This document shows, one piece after another, positions 27,778-36,249 of a stretch of DNA of 64,000 nt. The notes beneath the pieces were generated by a model. The model made no database searches. It was not told the origin of the DNA and was given only the letters and a program-made list of their open reading frames with translations. A program made the position numbers and the translations under genes. Origin of the DNA: an archaeon (GTDB lineage Archaea > B1Sed10-29 > WALL01); contig JBHOSQ010000001.1 of the NCBI GenBank assembly GCA_042584585.1, positions 32,001-96,000 of the forward strand. Reading direction: 5' to 3'. Numbering within the stretch: the first letter of the stretch is position 1; every line of letters begins with the position of its first letter.

Positions 27778-29430
27778 CTAGTCCATGTCGTCTATTCTCT
27801 TTAGCTTGAGAGCGGGACGCAACTTCTTCCCAGCCAACAACTTTTCCAATTCTTTTTCAGTGGGTGGGCGAATCTCTTCCCGCAACTTACGCCCCAATCT
27901 CGAGGAAGTGTACAACCCCTTCTTTGCTTTCTTGAAGTAGCCCTTATTCGTGTGGTGTTCGACAAGAATACGCAGAGCCTTAAGAGGGGACATACCTGCT
28001 TTGTTTGCCACGTGCATGTACGGAAGCGGCTTCTCGTCCATGAAAGATAATAACAGCTCTGCCTCGTCCTGTGGCAGCCGGCGCGTCTGTAGTTCTTTCA
28101 GCTCTTCCGCAGCCTTGAGGTCTGCCTCCAACTTCTGGGCCAGTTCTTCCGCCAGTTTTTTCTCTGCCGCGAGCTTCTCCCTCGCAGCCGCTTTCTCTGT
28201 TTTAAGCTTCTCCACCTCAGCCTTCTTCGCAGCCCTAATTTGTTCCTTCTTCAACTTCTCTGCCGCTTTAAGCTTCTGCTTTTCAGCTTTCTCCGCAACC
28301 TTAAGCGCTTGCTTCGCCAACCTATCCCCCATCCTGATGGCCTTGGCCTTCCCTTTCACAGCCTTCGCCTCTGCCTTGAGGAGCAACTCTTCCAGCCTCG
28401 CTTCAGACTTGGTTTTTTCCTTGACTCGGTTCTTGTTGTAGTCCACAGCAGCCTTGAATCGCTTTGCATACCTCTCGTCCATGCCCTCAATCACTCGCGT
28501 GACTACCTGGAGTGACTCACCAACCCGCCTACCCAAAAACGTGACGGGGATGCCATCTTTGCGAGTAACCAACTTCGAATCCCACCCCCCAACAGAAAGT
28601 TCGTTCGCCAAGACGCGCAAATAATCCTCGAGCCGATCTGCTTTGATTTGCCTCAGCTTCTTCTCGTGCAGTGCGTTGTTTTTCGCGATGACTTTTGCAA
28701 ACTCTTTTTTGTAATCGTCGTCCGCCAAGTCAAACACGTCAGAAATGTTTCCCTTAGCCATGTCAAACTCTTCGGAAAGAGGTTGGAGTGGGAAACCATC
28801 CTCGCGCGGAGTCGTGCCCGGATTCCAACCCCCCTTACTGACTTCTTTCTTCAAGTGAACAAGGAACTTGTCCAGCTTCTCGCGAGTCTTGGGCGTAAGC
28901 TCCCGAGCAAGACCCTTTATCTTCTTTAGTTCCCCAGGAGTCGGCAAAACCGCTTGGCGCTTAAGGCCGTGCGCAGTCACGTAATACAGCTTCCCCGTTT
29001 TCCTGACGACCGACTTCTTGGAAATCTTTATGTGGCGAATAACCGTAGAGCTGGCAGTGGCGTACCCCCGCTTGGAAAAATAGTTGCCCGCTTCCGTGAG
29101 GAGGTCCTGCAAATTGTAGCCCTTGCCTTTTTCCATGAACGGCAGGATTTCTTCCGCAGGGCCGCGGGGATACTCCTTGTCACCAAGCTGAGTGTGAATA
29201 TCGAGATTGCGCTTGCCTTTTGGCGTAAACGTGTGCACGCCTTTCTCGACGACCAAGTCACCGTTCACCTTCATGTTGTCAATGGCGATATCAATCTTTT
29301 TGGCGGCCTCGGCGTCACGCTCAGCCACCCACGCCTTAATCTCTTTTCGCTTGAAAGCCGGAGAAATCTTTCCGTACTCGTACACCAGCCGCCGTGGACT
29401 GTGCTTGCCAACCGTTTTTTCGCCTTTCAT
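27778..29430 (-). CDS. Mosaic orphan paralog 4 (wHTH-like modules, two 'GGW' repeats, coiled coil)
   Basis: Shares modules with 29427-32609, 32665-34455 and 34966-36249; ATGA overlap with the upstream gene. Confidence 0.8.
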   Translation of the reverse strand: MKGEKTVGKHSPRRLVYEYGKISPAFKRKEIKAWVAERDAEAAKKIDIAIDNMKVNGDLVVEKGVHTFTPKGKRNLDIHTQLGDKEYPRGPAEEILPFMEKGKGYNLQDLLTEAGNYFSKRGYATASSTVIRHIKISKKSVVRKTGKLYYVTAHGLKRQAVLPTPGELKKIKGLARELTPKTREKLDKFLVHLKKEVSKGGWNPGTTPREDGFPLQPLSEEFDMAKGNISDVFDLADDDYKKEFAKVIAKNNALHEKKLRQIKADRLEDYLRVLANELSVGGWDSKLVTRKDGIPVTFLGRRVGESLQVVTRVIEGMDERYAKRFKAAVDYNKNRVKEKTKSEARLEELLLKAEAKAVKGKAKAIRMGDRLAKQALKVAEKAEKQKLKAAEKLKKEQIRAAKKAEVEKLKTEKAAAREKLAAEKKLAEELAQKLEADLKAAEELKELQTRRLPQDEAELLLSFMDEKPLPYMHVANKAGMSPLKALRILVEHHTNKGYFKKAKKGLYTSSRLGRKLREEIRPPTEKELEKLLAGKKLRPALKLKRIDDMD

Positions 29431-32400
29431 TTCTTCGCCTTCTTTTTTGTTTCTTTCTTAATGGCTTCTTTTGCTAGTCTTACTGCGTCAGCTTCCCCAC
29501 AGTGAGCCGTGGCTTTTATGAAGCCAGTCAGTGAGAGTACGGCTTTACTGGGGCTTTGCTTGAGGAAGTAACGGGCCTGAACGTCGATGTTGTACTGGAC
29601 TCCGGGCGACAAGTCCTTCAGCGAAAGGAGTGGGAGGGCCTTCCCGAATTCCGCCCTGTCCGGCTTGTCCTCATCCGCAAAGTCGTCGCGAGGGGGTCTC
29701 TTCTTGTCTTCCTCTTCTTTCTGCCTCGCCTTCATCTCCGCCCAGAGGTCTTCTTCTGTAGGCCCTCCTTCTTCAACCGTGGCCTCGACCAACGGCTTTT
29801 CTATCACAACCCCTCTTTCGGCAAGTTGGGCTTGCGCGTTAGCCACAACTTTGTCGGCGGCCGCTTTGTTGGAGCTAGTGTAAAACGTGTACAATTTGCG
29901 CCGCAGCTTGTTCAGCCCGGCAACAGTGGGATTCCCCCCAAGGAACTTCAAAGCCAATTCCTCAACTTCGGGCATCAGCAAAGCCCGGTTGTGCAGGATC
30001 AGCCGTTCATCAACGACAAACCGCATGTTTCCCTTCTTGAATCCAGCTCGGAGCCGCTCAAGGAGTTCTTCCTCGGAAGTGCTGATGAATTCCTTCCTCG
30101 ATGCGGCGGGGCGCTCAACCGGCTCGCCCAAAATCTCTTTTATCTCCCACGGCGAGGCAACAGACTTCTGGCACTCAATGCCCCGCTCATTCAAGTAATA
30201 AAAACGCCCTTTCTTCTTGAACAAAGACGTGCGGCCCCCCGCATAGCCGCCAATCAAATTCAGGAATTTCGGGAAACCCTCCTCCTCGTTTTTGAATTTC
30301 TTGGCCTCTTCTGTATAGTGCTTGAGCAAGTTCTCCAAAAGCCATCGGTTTGAATAGCCCTTCCCCTCCGCCATCAACAACGCGACTTTTTCGGAGAAGG
30401 TCTCGGGAACCCGCTTCTTGCCGAGGCGCTCGTGAAGCAGTATCCTGCGCTTGCCTTTTTCAGTGAAGGTATACACGGAACCAACCTTGGACTTGGACAG
30501 CTCTCCTGTTTTTCCAACCATTGTCTGGAGGTTATGAGTGACCGTGCCGTCGCCGAAAGTCGCGTCACGCTGTTTTATCCACCGTATTAACTCAAACGGC
30601 CGGAAAGGCAGTTTGTGGGTGCGGCCGAACTCGTAAATCTTTTGCGGGGTAGGCCACAAGTTGAAATGGAGTGGCGCGCTGACGTCGGTGAGCCCCTTCA
30701 TTAGTTTCGCTTCTTTATTGGCTTTTTTCGCTGCCGCGGCCTTCACCTTCTCCACCCGTTGTTTCTCCCGCTCTTCGTCACTCATCTGTTTTTCCAAGCG
30801 CTCCTGTTCCAGGGCCTTCTGTCTCTCCGCCCGGTCCTTCTGCCTCGCCAGCTCCTGTTCCGCCTTCTCCACTTCCTTCTCCGCTTTTTTCCTTGCCTGT
30901 ATTTTTTCGTTCGCGTCCGCCGCCAGGTTAAAGCGGTCCCATTGCTCCGGCGACATAGTAGACAAGTAGTCCGTGAGCGTTTTGGTAGCCCTGCCCTTTT
31001 TCCTCGACAAAAACGAAAGCGGAAGACGGTCGGCACGCGGCTTCGAGGCAATCTCCCATCCATCGCCACTCGCCGAGTCCTCTATGTAACCAAGCACATC
31101 CTCCACAAACTCTGCGATTTCCTTTTGCTTCGCCAGAAGCTTCTGCCGCTTCGCCTCTTGCTTGCGGAGGGCGGCTTGCTGCTTCTCAAACTCCCTCTGC
31201 GCCTCGATCTCCTGGCGCTTCTTTTCTTTCTCGGCGAGCTTCCTCGCTTCTTCTGCCAGCTTATACTCCCGTTTTTGCCTGGCGCGCTCCTCCCTTTCTT
31301 TCCTGAGCCGCTCCGTTCTCTCCTGCTTTCTTTGCTGTTTACGCTTCTCCGCCATTAAGCGCCTGGTCTCGGCCCCCCTCCGCTTCTCTTCTTCGGCCGT
31401 CTTCTTGGCCAATTGGCGCTTAACATCGTCCGCTGCCTTTTTCCGCAGCTCTTCTTCCAGCAGCTCTTTCTCCCATTGCTTAATCCTTTTCTGGTTCTCC
31501 AGCCTATGGCGCTCCCGCTGCTTGTCCCAATTGTCTTCTCCCGCCATCCACTCCTCCTCGCCAAACGGGGCTTCATCAAAAATTTCCAGGAGCTTAGATG
31601 ACACGTACGGACGCAACTGGTCCCTCTCCCTCATGGTCAGCCCGGAAACCCCTTTCTTGAACGACACGTTGTAATCCGCTTCGGTTGGGTCGAGGCGCGA
31701 AATAAGCTTAATCCGCACATAAGGGTTGAGCAGCGGCAGCACAGCAAGGCCACGCCGCAAACCCCCCAATGCTGCCATTTTTACAAAAGCCCCTGCGTCA
31801 AGATTGAATTTATCGGCAATCGTCCTGTCGTCGCTGCTTACTTTCTCCCGCTTTTGGAGCAGCGGCCGGTCAAGCGGAAAATACCGGTAACGCTTGACAA
31901 CCCCGGACTCCGAGTCTTCCTCCAAGCCCCACTGCCTGCGGATTGTCTTGATGTCTTCCTGGAGGCCTTTGTCAAAGTCCTCGAAGCGGGAGTACTTCGG
32001 GTTGAAAAGTTGGTAAAGCGTGCGGTAGTTGATGCCCGTGTACTCTTCCGCGAGCTTCAGCAAGTAACGGTAGCTGACCCGCTGGGGAGAGTTGCCGAAC
32101 ACCCTGAGGTGCAAGTTGTGCAAGTCCTCGCCAATGTCCTCAGGGCCCTTGACGCGCTTAATCACGCGAACCGCGTTTTGAATGCTCCTGACCTCGTACT
32201 TGGCCGGCTTGGTCTTGATTAGCTTGTCCGAAAACCCACCCACGCGAAGCGTGTCATGAAGGCCCTTAAGGTCCGGAAGCGCCGCCTCAAGGGCATTTTT
32301 TTTCGAGCCAAAAACCCTGAGCGCGCTCCCCATCCCAAAATCATGGAAATGCTGTTGGGTAATTTCACTTACCTGCAGGCCCTTGTCCCGCACAAGCTTC

Positions 32401-32609
32401 CCCACAAGCATGCGCACCGCCGTCTTTCTCTGGTCGTCGTGCGTCCAGAAGCCGTCCGGAAGGTCCGCTACCTCCCGCTCAGTTTTCTCCCCGGCCTTCG
32501 TCTTGAGGTAGTCCTTAATCAGTGGCCGCAGCTCGTCTGGGTGGACCTTAGGGAACTTAAAGCCTTCGGGGCGGCCGCGCTTGGGCCCCTCAGTGGGTTC
32601 CTTAGGCAT
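29427..32609 (-). CDS. Mosaic orphan paralog 3 (1060 aa; DUF4046-like N-terminal repeat, FKKG module, coiled coils, GGW module, wHTH-like modules)
   Basis: Long ORF; LPDGFW...F...GMGSAL..FGS..AL....P; modules shared with neighbours. Confidence 0.82.
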   Translation of the reverse strand: MPKEPTEGPKRGRPEGFKFPKVHPDELRPLIKDYLKTKAGEKTEREVADLPDGFWTHDDQRKTAVRMLVGKLVRDKGLQVSEITQQHFHDFGMGSALRVFGSKKNALEAALPDLKGLHDTLRVGGFSDKLIKTKPAKYEVRSIQNAVRVIKRVKGPEDIGEDLHNLHLRVFGNSPQRVSYRYLLKLAEEYTGINYRTLYQLFNPKYSRFEDFDKGLQEDIKTIRRQWGLEEDSESGVVKRYRYFPLDRPLLQKREKVSSDDRTIADKFNLDAGAFVKMAALGGLRRGLAVLPLLNPYVRIKLISRLDPTEADYNVSFKKGVSGLTMRERDQLRPYVSSKLLEIFDEAPFGEEEWMAGEDNWDKQRERHRLENQKRIKQWEKELLEEELRKKAADDVKRQLAKKTAEEEKRRGAETRRLMAEKRKQQRKQERTERLRKEREERARQKREYKLAEEARKLAEKEKKRQEIEAQREFEKQQAALRKQEAKRQKLLAKQKEIAEFVEDVLGYIEDSASGDGWEIASKPRADRLPLSFLSRKKGRATKTLTDYLSTMSPEQWDRFNLAADANEKIQARKKAEKEVEKAEQELARQKDRAERQKALEQERLEKQMSDEEREKQRVEKVKAAAAKKANKEAKLMKGLTDVSAPLHFNLWPTPQKIYEFGRTHKLPFRPFELIRWIKQRDATFGDGTVTHNLQTMVGKTGELSKSKVGSVYTFTEKGKRRILLHERLGKKRVPETFSEKVALLMAEGKGYSNRWLLENLLKHYTEEAKKFKNEEEGFPKFLNLIGGYAGGRTSLFKKKGRFYYLNERGIECQKSVASPWEIKEILGEPVERPAASRKEFISTSEEELLERLRAGFKKGNMRFVVDERLILHNRALLMPEVEELALKFLGGNPTVAGLNKLRRKLYTFYTSSNKAAADKVVANAQAQLAERGVVIEKPLVEATVEEGGPTEEDLWAEMKARQKEEEDKKRPPRDDFADEDKPDRAEFGKALPLLSLKDLSPGVQYNIDVQARYFLKQSPSKAVLSLTGFIKATAHCGEADAVRLAKEAIKKETKKKAKK

Positions 32610-32612
32610 TAA

Positions 32613-32670
32613 TTAGTTGTAATGTCTAGACGGTATATAAAGATTAGGGTTTTAGTTGTAATGTCTAGAC
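32613..32670. repeat. Perfect 19-bp direct repeat flanking a TATA box
   Basis: ttagttgtaatgtctagac at 32613-32631 and 32652-32670; tatataaa at 32634-32641 between them. Confidence 0.9.
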
Positions 32671-34455
32671 AAAATCAGGCTTTTTTCCCGCCACTTCTTC
32701 CTGGAGCTGGTACTTGGCGCTGCGGGGGTTCACCAGGTAGTTCGCGAGATGGCGCAGCTGGAACCACATGGCTGACTCTTCTTTTGCGTCTTTGTGCTTC
32801 TTCTTTTCTTCGTCAGTCATCTGGCTTTCGTCCCGGCTCCTCCCCAACTCCGCGTGTTTCATCGAGGCCTCGTGCAGGCGCTCTATAAAGTTGTCATGCG
32901 TCAGCGGCCTGATTTTGATCTTGAGCTTGACAAAATCACCAAACAAGCCCTCAATTTTGTCGAACGCGCGTATCTTCTCTTGGTTGTTTGAGTTAATCCG
33001 GGGGTGGTCCATAATCTTGAACAAGCGCAGTGCCTCGTAGCACTCTACATCGGTCACGGGCCGCTTCCCATCCTCCACTTCCTCAACGGCTTCCTTTTTT
33101 CCAGCAATGCCGCGCAGCAAAAACCGCATGCTCCCGAAGCCCTTCACGTCCTTCTTCGGCAATGTCTTGGGGTCAGTGGACTCCATCACGCCATGGTAAT
33201 TGTTTTTCACGAACTCTTTTTCCTTAAGGGAAAGCTCTTGCCTCGCGGCAACTTTTTCGGTGATGTCCAGCAGCTTGTTTAACGGCCCGGAATTGACAGT
33301 GGGCGTGTCCCCCAGAAGCAGACTACCAGGGTCCTCTTCCGGACTGGCCCAGCGGTGCGGCCTGCCCGGCCGCCTCGTGGAAACTTGCTCGTCGTCCTTG
33401 TCGTCCTTGTCGTCCTTGTCGCCTTCGGACGGGCTGCCGTCCTGCAACCCACCCCCCTCCTCATTCAGCTTGAGCACCATGGGCTCCGAGCGGGTTACAT
33501 CCATCGTGATGCCCTCTTCCTTGAGCTCCGCGGCTATTGCGTCCATGATGGCATTGGTGCGCCTTATTGAGTTGCTCCTGAACCCGTCGCCCACGCGCTT
33601 GGAGACTGTGGCGGTATCGTCCGGGTGCTCTCGGATGTAGTCCGCGCCGATCTTAGTGAGTATTCCGGGCAGTCGCGGGTCCGAAACCCTCTGCCCAGCA
33701 TGCCTCCCAAGCTTTTGCTGGCGGAGGTCCTTCATGTTGTCACCGCGAAAAAGCTTCTCCACATATGCAGCAAGCCCCTTGCCCCCCTCAACTTTTGGCT
33801 TTTTGGGCATCCCGACCAATCGCAGCAGTTCCTTGTGGGCGCTGACGTCCCTCATGAGATCCGGGAACGTGAACGACTTCACGCCGCGCACGAGGTCCAT
33901 AAGCTCCGGGTGCTTTTGCTTGTGCTCGTCAATCCACTTTTTTATCTCGCTGTCGCGCTTGAGCAATTCAGTGGAGTATCCCCCGCCGGCGCCGACCTCA
34001 ATGTCCGCCGTCTTTCCCGGGCCGTGCATGAAGCAGTTCGCGAAGCGCGTCGCGTCGGCCTCCAAGTGGTTTTCCGTAATTGCCTTGTACTCGTCCTTCA
34101 GGGCCTCGAACTTCGTCACGGGCCTGGTCTCCATGGGCTCGATTGGCACGTGCGAGATTATGAGCTTCCGCAGCTGCATGCCGTCCGGCGTCAAGTGGTA
34201 GTAGCCGTCCCACACCGCCCTCTTGACGAAGGGCTTGGGCATGGCGGCCTGGTTTGCCAGGGCCGCGTTTAGCTCGTCGGGAGTGATTTTGAAGTGCTTC
34301 GAGACCGCGGCATAGATGTCGCCGGTGGAGTGCGCCCTTTCTTCCTTCATGAAGTTGACTGCCGCCTCGAAAGGGGTCTTGGGGGTGAACGGGCTGCCGC
34401 GCTCGAACCTCTTCCGGGTGTCGGGCCTCCACGCCTTGTCGAGTTCCTTGACCAT
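32665..34455 (-). CDS. Mosaic orphan paralog 2 (wHTH-like N-terminal module, WIxxHKQ module)
   Basis: 596 aa; modules shared with neighbours; 9-bp tandem repeat (gtcgtcctt)x3 at 33391-33417. Confidence 0.8.
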   Translation of the reverse strand: MVKELDKAWRPDTRKRFERGSPFTPKTPFEAAVNFMKEERAHSTGDIYAAVSKHFKITPDELNAALANQAAMPKPFVKRAVWDGYYHLTPDGMQLRKLIISHVPIEPMETRPVTKFEALKDEYKAITENHLEADATRFANCFMHGPGKTADIEVGAGGGYSTELLKRDSEIKKWIDEHKQKHPELMDLVRGVKSFTFPDLMRDVSAHKELLRLVGMPKKPKVEGGKGLAAYVEKLFRGDNMKDLRQQKLGRHAGQRVSDPRLPGILTKIGADYIREHPDDTATVSKRVGDGFRSNSIRRTNAIMDAIAAELKEEGITMDVTRSEPMVLKLNEEGGGLQDGSPSEGDKDDKDDKDDEQVSTRRPGRPHRWASPEEDPGSLLLGDTPTVNSGPLNKLLDITEKVAARQELSLKEKEFVKNNYHGVMESTDPKTLPKKDVKGFGSMRFLLRGIAGKKEAVEEVEDGKRPVTDVECYEALRLFKIMDHPRINSNNQEKIRAFDKIEGLFGDFVKLKIKIRPLTHDNFIERLHEASMKHAELGRSRDESQMTDEEKKKHKDAKEESAMWFQLRHLANYLVNPRSAKYQLQEEVAGKKPDFV

Positions 34456-34493
34456 TGAATAAATTAATGGTGCGCGGGTATAAAAGAATTAGT

Positions 34494-34943
34494 CTACCTG
34501 TACTCGTTTTTAATCGCCCAGCTGTTGCCCCGCTTTTCCATGTGCTTGGCAACAAGGAACTTGAAGTCTTCGTGAACGTTCTTGAGCCCCGCGAGGCCGG
34601 GATACTTCCCCAACAGGCGCACCATAAATTCATCCGCCTCTTCAGGAGTGTAATTCCGGGTGAACTTGTAGTACCCACGAACATACGCACCCCTGCCGCC
34701 CTTATCGTTACGGGCTTGGCTGATTGCCTTATTCATAATCTCCTCTTTTGACGGCTCCACCATGGCGTCAGGATGGCCAAACTCCACACAAAACGCGTTT
34801 TTTCCCTTGACCGCAAAAGTAGAAAACATCCGTGCAAACCCCTTATGCTGCTCGGGGTTCATGCTCTTGAACTTGGAGCCATGCACGCTCTTGGCGACCG
34901 TGTAATAATGCTCCCGCGCCTTCAGCTCTTTTTTGCTAACCAC
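34494..34943 (-). CDS. Basic orphan protein
   Basis: 149 aa, co-oriented within the array; GGTGGGA SD-like upstream of GTG. Confidence 0.6.
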   Translation of the reverse strand: MVSKKELKAREHYYTVAKSVHGSKFKSMNPEQHKGFARMFSTFAVKGKNAFCVEFGHPDAMVEPSKEEIMNKAISQARNDKGGRGAYVRGYYKFTRNYTPEEADEFMVRLLGKYPGLAGLKNVHEDFKFLVAKHMEKRGNSWAIKNEYR

Positions 34944-34965
34944 TTATCCCACCAATAAGCACTTG

Positions 34966-36249
34966 CTATAACGGCGACTTAGTTTGCGTGTGCTTTTTCT
35001 TGACCCAGTTCACGACAACGCCGCGCAAGTACTCCCGCTGGTCGCCCCCTTCATAAGCGCCTGGGAGCGAGGACCTCCCGGCCTTTACCACCAACCCGTT
35101 GAGCATGTTTCTCCGCCGCTCAGCGTCCATGGCAAATCCACCTGCAACGTGGGAGGTGCCAGCCACCTTTTCCTCGTAGAGTGCGCGAATTGCCTCGTTG
35201 TACTTTTCGTCCATGTCCCACTGCTGTGGCGCGATCCCGACCCGCATTTTTTCCTGGGGCTTGCTGATTATCTCCACCAATTCAGGGTGCGGCTTGGCGC
35301 CCTTCATTAGTTCGGGATACGCGAACTCGCGTTTCCCCGTCACCAAGTCCACGAGCGGCTGGTGCTGCTTGTGCTTCTCAATCCATTGCCTCAAGCCCTT
35401 CCTCTTCGCGGTGGCGCGGCTCCCCATGCCCGTTGGGGGATACTGCTTGTTCACCGTGCCCTCGACACCGTCATGGAAAAGGTTAATGAATGTTTGTGCC
35501 GACTTCTTCTTGATGCCCTTGTTGCCTGGGACAAGCGTGAAGTACTCCTGCGCCAGCGCCTCGTCGATATTGGTCGGCTCCAGCTTATCGGCGGTGGCGG
35601 GCTTGGCCTCCTTGGGCTTTGCATCCTTGGCCGGAGCTGGCTTCGGGGGCTTCGGCTTTGCGTTCGCCTGCTTTTCTTTCTCGGGAATCGTGGGCGGGAG
35701 TTCGGGCGCGACAACCAAGTCGTCGTACTCCATCATCAAAGCGTTCCACTTTTCCGCGTGCTTGGGGGTCATGCCCTCAAACATTTCCTTGGCCTGCTTC
35801 ATAGAAAAGCCCAGAGTCTCGCTAATGTTTTTCGGGAAAGACAGGGGGTCGTCGAAAATGAACTTTCCGCCGTCCTTGGCGACGCGCTCCATTTCCACAA
35901 GAATCTTGTTGACACCGGCCGTGGCCCGATACTGCCTGGACTCGTGCTTATTCATTATGGTCTTGAACTCGTCCGAAAAAAAGTTTGGCACCACATGCTT
36001 CAGCCTCTCCAGCTCGGCGTAGGTAAGGCCCCTAAGGCCCTTCTTGAACGCCATGCGGTACTCTCCCCGCGCGCTAGTAATGTTTTTTAGGAGATTCACC
36101 CGCGTCTTGTGCGAAAGCCGCGGCAAAAGCGAGAGGGCTATCTTCTTTTCGGTGGGAGTAATTTTCTTGTTGAAAAATTCTTTGCCGGCAGCGTTCAGCT
36201 TGTTGGCCAAGCGCGTTTCCTCCGCCTTGCTCCTCTCAACGATAGGCAT
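34966..36249 (-). CDS. Mosaic orphan paralog 1 (FKKG module, degenerate GGW module, Pro/Lys linker, WIxxHKQ module)
   Basis: 427 aa; TAATG stop/start overlap with the upstream ATPase. Confidence 0.8.
   Translation of the reverse strand: MPIVERSKAEETRLANKLNAAGKEFFNKKITPTEKKIALSLLPRLSHKTRVNLLKNITSARGEYRMAFKKGLRGLTYAELERLKHVVPNFFSDEFKTIMNKHESRQYRATAGVNKILVEMERVAKDGGKFIFDDPLSFPKNISETLGFSMKQAKEMFEGMTPKHAEKWNALMMEYDDLVVAPELPPTIPEKEKQANAKPKPPKPAPAKDAKPKEAKPATADKLEPTNIDEALAQEYFTLVPGNKGIKKKSAQTFINLFHDGVEGTVNKQYPPTGMGSRATAKRKGLRQWIEKHKQHQPLVDLVTGKREFAYPELMKGAKPHPELVEIISKPQEKMRVGIAPQQWDMDEKYNEAIRALYEEKVAGTSHVAGGFAMDAERRRNMLNGLVVKAGRSSLPGAYEGGDQREYLRGVVVNWVKKKHTQTKSPL

Noticed and set aside
27778-32609. 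SMC/Rad50 or TolA identity for the coiled-coil proteins
   Set aside because: No Walker motifs, hinge/hook or TM anchor; the similarity is compositional only
32613-32670. Mini CRISPR array
   Set aside because: Only two 19-bp repeats, a 20-bp spacer that is a TATA box, and no cas genes
33391-33420. 9-bp tandem repeat as a phase-variation site
   Set aside because: In-frame unit encoding a DKD linker; copy-number change would not shift the frame
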